From: a virus | DNA: 64,000 nt | Direction: 5' to 3' (one strand) | Virus record (IMG/VR): IMGVR_UViG_3300035670_010691 | Location: 1-64,000 of that record | Shown: piece after piece, positions 59,334-64,000 of the stretch | Numbering within the stretch: position 1 is the stretch's first letter | Layout of the letters: the number at the start of each line of letters is the position of its first letter | Notes under the pieces: model-generated | What the model saw: only the letters and a program-made list of their open reading frames with translations | The model's database searches: none | Told to the model about the DNA's origin: nothing | Program-made: the position numbers and the translations under genes

Positions 59334-60004
59334 TGTTTCAAGAATGGCCAATTGGTAGACCACCAAAAGAATTACAAAGACCTGAATTATCACAATTAGA
59401 TTTTGAATGGTCTAACCCGCAAGAAGTTATAGATTACTTTGAGAAAAAAGTGGCAAAGTTTGCAGGTTCAAAGTACGGAGTTGCGGTTGACTGTTGTACC
59501 AATGCTATTTTTCTCACTCTTAAGTACTTAAACCAACCACAAGAAATTACAATACCCACCCACACTTACATTTCCGTTCCAAACTATATTAAATTAGCGG
59601 GTTACGATGTAAAGTTTGAAGAAAGAGAATGGAGTGGAGTGTATCAACTCAACCCTCTTGATGTATGGGACGGTGCTGGTAGATGGATTGAAGGTATGTT
59701 TCAAGGTGAGTTTATGTGTTTGTCCTTTCAGTTTAAAAAAAGATTACCAATTGGTAGAGGTGGTATGATACTTACCGACAACGAAGATGCGTATAAGTGG
59801 TTGAAGAAAGCACGGTATGATGGTAGAGACCTCACCAAATCACAAGACGAAGATGATATTGATATGGTGGGATATCATATGTATATGACTCCCGAAGACG
59901 CCGCTCGTGGTATTTTACTTATGGATAAAATTTCGAGTGTTAATAATGACACTCATTCAAATAACTCATACAAAAATATTTTAGAAAATAATGTTAAGTT
60001 TTGA
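59333..60004 (+). CDS. DegT/DnrJ/EryC1/StrS family PLP aminotransferase (short form)
   Basis: FEKKVAKFAG..AVDCCTNAIFL, PTHTYISVP, WDGA, LSFQFKKRLPIGRGG. Confidence 0.85.
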   Translation: MFQEWPIGRPPKELQRPELSQLDFEWSNPQEVIDYFEKKVAKFAGSKYGVAVDCCTNAIFLTLKYLNQPQEITIPTHTYISVPNYIKLAGYDVKFEEREWSGVYQLNPLDVWDGAGRWIEGMFQGEFMCLSFQFKKRLPIGRGGMILTDNEDAYKWLKKARYDGRDLTKSQDEDDIDMVGYHMYMTPEDAARGILLMDKISSVNNDTHSNNSYKNILENNVKF

Positions 60005-60812
60005 TAAAAATACAAAATTATTTATAGACAAAAGATATAAAGATAGACATATAAATTTTTATCAAACTGATTTAGAAGATACCTATTTTCAAAATAAAAA
60101 TAAAATGGGGGAATCTTGGTACTATTTTGATAATCCAATAGATTATAAATTTAACAAATTAGGTTTTAGATTTAAAGAAATAGAAGAAGTGGATGATAAT
60201 TTTCTACTATCATTTGGATGTTCTTACACAGAAGGAGTCGGATTGCATTATGAAGATTTGTGGGTTACAAAACTTGCAAATAGTTTAAATTTAGATTTTA
60301 TGAATTTTGCAAAATCAAGTTCTTCTGTTGATAACATTATTTGGCAAACAATATTTATTTCAAATTATTTAAAAAAAAATAATAAAATTCCTAAATTTGT
60401 TATTTATCAAATACCTTTTTACACTAGAACACAGTTTGTTGATATTTGGGGTGACGAAATTGATATTGTTTCCCAAAACTTGGAGATGAATTATAAAAAT
60501 TTAAGTTTTATTGATGAATATTATAAATATTTTTTTATAGAAACTCAAATTCAACCAAAAATTAATATACTTTTTTTAACTAATATGGCAAGTATTATTT
60601 GGGAATCGATGGGTTCGAAAGTTATATATTTTTCATTGGAACCTGATTCTGAATCAAAAGAAATTAACTCATTTTTAAATAATGAAGTAATTAATATATA
60701 TGATTACACAGTACATGAAAAAAATAAATTAGCAAGAGACTTATCCCATAATGGGAGATTTGGTCATGATATAATTGTAGAAGAATTACAAAAAATAATT
60801 AAAAATGGTTAA
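59991..60812 (+). CDS. SGNH/GDSL-like hydrolase or acyltransferase-like protein
   Basis: FGCSYTEG (GDS-like block I), ARDLSHNG (DxxH block V). Confidence 0.55.
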   Translation: MLSFDKNTKLFIDKRYKDRHINFYQTDLEDTYFQNKNKMGESWYYFDNPIDYKFNKLGFRFKEIEEVDDNFLLSFGCSYTEGVGLHYEDLWVTKLANSLNLDFMNFAKSSSSVDNIIWQTIFISNYLKKNNKIPKFVIYQIPFYTRTQFVDIWGDEIDIVSQNLEMNYKNLSFIDEYYKYFFIETQIQPKINILFLTNMASIIWESMGSKVIYFSLEPDSESKEINSFLNNEVINIYDYTVHEKNKLARDLSHNGRFGHDIIVEELQKIIKNG

Positions 60813-61818
60813 TGTTAATAATGAATGGGAACCTCTTAAAGAAGTAATACTTGGTACGGTTACTAACGCAAACATGCCCACACATGGGAAAGATTTACAT
60901 TGTATAAATTACGCAGACCAAGATAGTATTCCAATTGACGAAGACGGATTTTGGAATAGTAAAGTTTATTTTGAAACAAATGAAGATTTAGAAAATTTAA
61001 AAAATACGTTAGAATCAGCTGGTGTAAAAGTTCATAGACCCTCTCCAATTCAAACCAGAAATGTTATTTCAAATGGTTATTGGAAAACAAATCAATACTA
61101 TACATTTTGCCCAAGAGATACTGTAACTGTTATTGGTGATACTATTCTTGAGTCACCGATGTCCCTCCGTTCCCGTCAATATGAAACCGATTGTTTTAAA
61201 GATATTTTTATACAAAAAATGAAAGAAGGTGCAAATTGGGTATCTGCTCCAAAACCACGTTTAACAGATGATAGTTACCAAAGAGAAGACTTATCCCAAC
61301 TCACTTTACGAGATATAGAACCTGTTTTTGATGCCGCTAATATTCTTCGTTGTAATGATGATATTCTGTATCTAAATTCCAACACAGGAAACAAGTTGGG
61401 AGCACAATGGTTACAGAACTTTTTGGGTTCGAAATATCGGGTACACGTCCTTGAAAACATTTATTCATACATTCACATAGACTCAACTATTGCACTCCTT
61501 AGAGAGGGATTATGTCTTCTAAATCCCGAACGAGTAAACGAAGACAATATGCCTGAATTATTAAAAAGTTGGGATAAAATTTGGTGCCCTCCAATGGTTG
61601 ATATTGGATATCATAAAACTAATAGAGCATCGGTATGGATAGGAGTAAATCTACTTTCCATAGATGAAAACACAGTAGTGGTTGATAATAGACAAACTGA
61701 ATTGATAAAAGAACTTAAAAAGTATGGTATTGACACACTTGATGCACAAATTCGTCACTCACGAACTCTTGGTGGTTCTATGCATTGCGTAACAACAGAT
61801 TTATGGAGGGGAAAGTGA
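60805..61818 (+). CDS. L-arginine amidinotransferase (AGAT/StrB1 family)
   Basis: NEWEPLKEVILG, CPRD, FDAAN, HIDST, GGSMHCVT (catalytic Asp/His/Cys). Confidence 0.92.
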   Translation: MVNVNNEWEPLKEVILGTVTNANMPTHGKDLHCINYADQDSIPIDEDGFWNSKVYFETNEDLENLKNTLESAGVKVHRPSPIQTRNVISNGYWKTNQYYTFCPRDTVTVIGDTILESPMSLRSRQYETDCFKDIFIQKMKEGANWVSAPKPRLTDDSYQREDLSQLTLRDIEPVFDAANILRCNDDILYLNSNTGNKLGAQWLQNFLGSKYRVHVLENIYSYIHIDSTIALLREGLCLLNPERVNEDNMPELLKSWDKIWCPPMVDIGYHKTNRASVWIGVNLLSIDENTVVVDNRQTELIKELKKYGIDTLDAQIRHSRTLGGSMHCVTTDLWRGK

Positions 61819-63956
61819 AATTACTTATAATTGGTGGTGCTGGGTATTTAGGAACGGAATTATGTAAAAGAGCTCTCATAGATGAGCGTGATGTTACTGT
61901 TATTGATAATTTTACATATAATCAAACTAAATTAAAAAATGTAAAATATATTAATGATGATGTAAAAAATATTTGGAAGTACAAAAAAATAGTCGAACAG
62001 TTTGACAAAATTTATTATTTAGCATCACCAAGACTTAATGAACTTAACGATAGGAAGTTAATTGACGAACATCTTTTATATTTAGAAAATACAATTAAGA
62101 TGGTTCCTGAAAACTGTGATTTTTATTTTATTAGTAGTTGTAGTGTTTATGGAAAATCAAAAGAAATAGTAAATGAAAATTCACCTGTTCAGATTACTTC
62201 CTTATATTCTGAACTAAAAATTAGAAGTGAAGAATTAATAAAAAATTTACCAAATAATTTTAAAATATTTAGATTGGCAACTTTGTATGGTGTTGGTCAA
62301 AATCAAAGAAATGATATTTTAATTAATGAATTGGTTACAGATGTTATTAATAATAAAACTTTACAGATATATGATCCAGATTCTAATAGACCCCATTTAA
62401 ATGTAAGGGATTGTGCTTTAATATTAAATAACTTGATGTTTTCGGGGTTTGAAGATAAAATTTTAAATATTGGTTTTGATTTTCAAAACATTTCAAAAAG
62501 ACAAATAGTAAATTTAATTGAAGATATATTAGAAAGAAATTTATATGTTACTTTTAATGAAACAAATGACAGTAGAGATTACAAAGTTGATTTTTCTCTT
62601 TTAAAAAAAATAATTGATATTAAAGATGAGGATATATTATCATTTAGAGATGGGATTTATGAGTTATATGTTGGAAAAATTAATTTTGCAGTTGAGGATT
62701 GGGATAGTATAATTGATTATTATAGACCTAATGGTAGTTCAAAAACTTGGTATATGGAAGAGGAAGGAAAGTTAGATTATCCAAAAATGTGGGGATTTTG
62801 GAATATTTTTGATACTCACGATTCTCAACATAAAATGTTTTCTATTGAAAATTTTAATTCACTTTCAATTCCATCATTTAGAGACGAACATCATAATTTG
62901 TTAAAAGTAAATGAGGATTCAAATGAAAATTATGTTTATTTTATAAACATTTTTGATCCATCATATTTTAAAAGAAATGAAAAAATTGGATTTTCTACAA
63001 TTCATAAGAAGTATTTGGATGATTGTAGAAGAGGTAAATGTAAAATTATTTTAGGTCTTACGTTAGAAGGATATTCTGGTATAGAAAGTAACAGAGATTT
63101 AGAAATTTTAAAAAAATGGGTGATTTGGCAAAAATTACCAAAAAGTGGAGTTCTTTACATTTCAGGTAATATTAATATTGATAAACTTCAAGAAATCAGA
63201 AATTTAAATTTTGAAGTAGTTGGATTATCTCATTTTGAAATTTGGTTAAATTTTAAGACAATATCAGATAATCCAATTAAATTTAAAAAAGACACCACTT
63301 CAAAATTATTTTTAATGCATGCCAGAAACACACGTGATCATAGAGTTAAATTTGTTTGTGACCTTATTGAAAAAAATTTATTTGAACGTGGAATGATAAG
63401 TATGGAGGCATTTACCGCAGACGATGTTTTTGTAGAACATAAGTCACTAAATTCTCTTATTGAAAAATTACCTTTGGTTATCAATGATAATTTAAATCAA
63501 AATTTATGTAATGATGTAAATTTTAATGATTATGAAAAAACATTTGTTTCCGTAATATCCGAAACTTTAATTGAAAAGGAAACATTGTTTATAACTGAAA
63601 AGACGTGGAAAGCTTTATTTGTTGGGCATCCTTTTATAATGTTTGGAAATCCATTTACTTTAAAAAAATTAAAAGAATGGGGATTTAAAACTTTTGAAAA
63701 TTGGTGGGATGAATCATATGATGAAGAAATAGATTTAGATTTAAGAATTGAAAAGATACAGAAAATTTTATTAGATTTATCTAAAAAAACAGATGAAGAA
63801 TTGATAAAGATACGGGAAGAAATGATTCCTGTTTTAAAACATAATATGAATCATTATTATTTATTTTGTGAAAAAAAATATTGTTTAGACCACAATTCTA
63901 TATACCCAAATAAACCCCTACTAAAGATAATAAAAGATTTTTTAATAAAAAAATAA
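61815..63956 (+). CDS. NAD-dependent epimerase/dehydratase fused to a C-terminal SET..ITEK (GT10-like) domain; start revised to GTG 61815
   Basis: GGAGYLG, SSCSVYG, YSELK; C-terminal SVISETL..FITEKTWK..GHPFI..GFKTF..WDESYD; GGAGG ribosome binding site and GTGA overlap with the upstream stop. Confidence 0.75.
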   Translation: MKLLIIGGAGYLGTELCKRALIDERDVTVIDNFTYNQTKLKNVKYINDDVKNIWKYKKIVEQFDKIYYLASPRLNELNDRKLIDEHLLYLENTIKMVPENCDFYFISSCSVYGKSKEIVNENSPVQITSLYSELKIRSEELIKNLPNNFKIFRLATLYGVGQNQRNDILINELVTDVINNKTLQIYDPDSNRPHLNVRDCALILNNLMFSGFEDKILNIGFDFQNISKRQIVNLIEDILERNLYVTFNETNDSRDYKVDFSLLKKIIDIKDEDILSFRDGIYELYVGKINFAVEDWDSIIDYYRPNGSSKTWYMEEEGKLDYPKMWGFWNIFDTHDSQHKMFSIENFNSLSIPSFRDEHHNLLKVNEDSNENYVYFINIFDPSYFKRNEKIGFSTIHKKYLDDCRRGKCKIILGLTLEGYSGIESNRDLEILKKWVIWQKLPKSGVLYISGNINIDKLQEIRNLNFEVVGLSHFEIWLNFKTISDNPIKFKKDTTSKLFLMHARNTRDHRVKFVCDLIEKNLFERGMISMEAFTADDVFVEHKSLNSLIEKLPLVINDNLNQNLCNDVNFNDYEKTFVSVISETLIEKETLFITEKTWKALFVGHPFIMFGNPFTLKKLKEWGFKTFENWWDESYDEEIDLDLRIEKIQKILLDLSKKTDEELIKIREEMIPVLKHNMNHYYLFCEKKYCLDHNSIYPNKPLLKIIKDFLIKK

Positions 63957-63960
63957 AAAC

Positions 63961-64000
63961 ATGAAAATAGGTTTTATAGGAGTAGGAAAATTAGGAAAAG
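63961..64000 (+). CDS. Start of a Rossmann-fold dehydrogenase (possibly UDP-glucose/GDP-mannose dehydrogenase), truncated by window end
   Basis: MKIGFIGVGKLGK with GxGxxG. Confidence 0.55.
   Translation, partial: MKIGFIGVGKLGK

Noticed and set aside
61785-61814. Longer start for the epimerase fusion
   Set aside because: GTG 61815 has a GGAGG ribosome binding site, overlaps the upstream stop (GTGA) and begins right at the Rossmann strand
1-64000. Giant eukaryotic virus (NCLDV) origin suggested by GT7, GME, P4H-like and Mre11-Rad50 fusion genes
   Set aside because: gp25/gp6 baseplate genes, S74 tail fibre, sigma factor, peptide deformylase, SD sites, coupled operons and intrinsic terminators indicate a tailed bacteriophage
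1-64000. Stop-codon reassignment as seen in some jumbo phages
   Set aside because: Code 11 gives full-length genes and near-complete coding density; TAA, TAG and TGA all end genes at sensible positions
1-64000. tRNA genes, CRISPR arrays, introns/inteins, diversity-generating retroelement
   Set aside because: Intergenic gaps are about 100 nt or less with no cloverleaf or repeat-spacer pattern; no reverse transcriptase, intein motifs or near-identical TR/VR pair seen by eye
43560-64000. Captured host O-antigen/capsule locus or a prophage boundary
   Set aside because: No flippase, polymerase, exporter or initiating transferase; composition and late motif match the phage genes; no integrase or att-like junction seen

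Overview
AT-rich, densely coded, almost entirely + strand segment of a large myovirus (jumbo-phage-like) genome using standard genetic code 11. From left to right: (1) 1-7.3 kb, metabolic and regulatory genes (SF2 helicase end, thyA, speD, cytidylyltransferase, peptide deformylase, membrane-anchored lysozyme, gp55-like late sigma factor, NodU/CmcH carbamoyltransferase); (2) 7.3-27 kb, baseplate and virion module (gp5-like, gp25-like, gp6-like, three Pro/Thr-rich proteins, two paralogues with tail-collar-like ends); (3) 27-33.4 kb, sulfotransferase, GIY-YIG protein, primase, 2OG-Fe(II) oxygenase, a fused Mre11-Rad50 (gp47-gp46) protein and a small inverted cassette; (4) a 3337-aa modular tail fibre with an S74 chaperone; (5) a >20 kb glycan synthesis and tailoring cluster running off the window end (GT11-like, GDP-mannose 3,5-epimerase, GT2/GT4-like, methyltransferase, three GT7 galactosyltransferases each split by a LamG-like insert, two twitch radical SAM enzymes, DegT aminotransferase, amidinotransferase, epimerase fusion). 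The best candidate for a new system is phage-encoded, eukaryote-like O-glycosylation of the virion: the enzymes co-occur with recurrent [S/T]-G-S motifs and mucin-like (PT)n tracts in structural proteins, and an aminoglycoside-like route to a guanidino sugar may be present. A strand-oriented TATTTATA motif, the reverse complement of the T4 late promoter, precedes late transcription units. All functional calls come from motif recognition by eye; no database searches were run.
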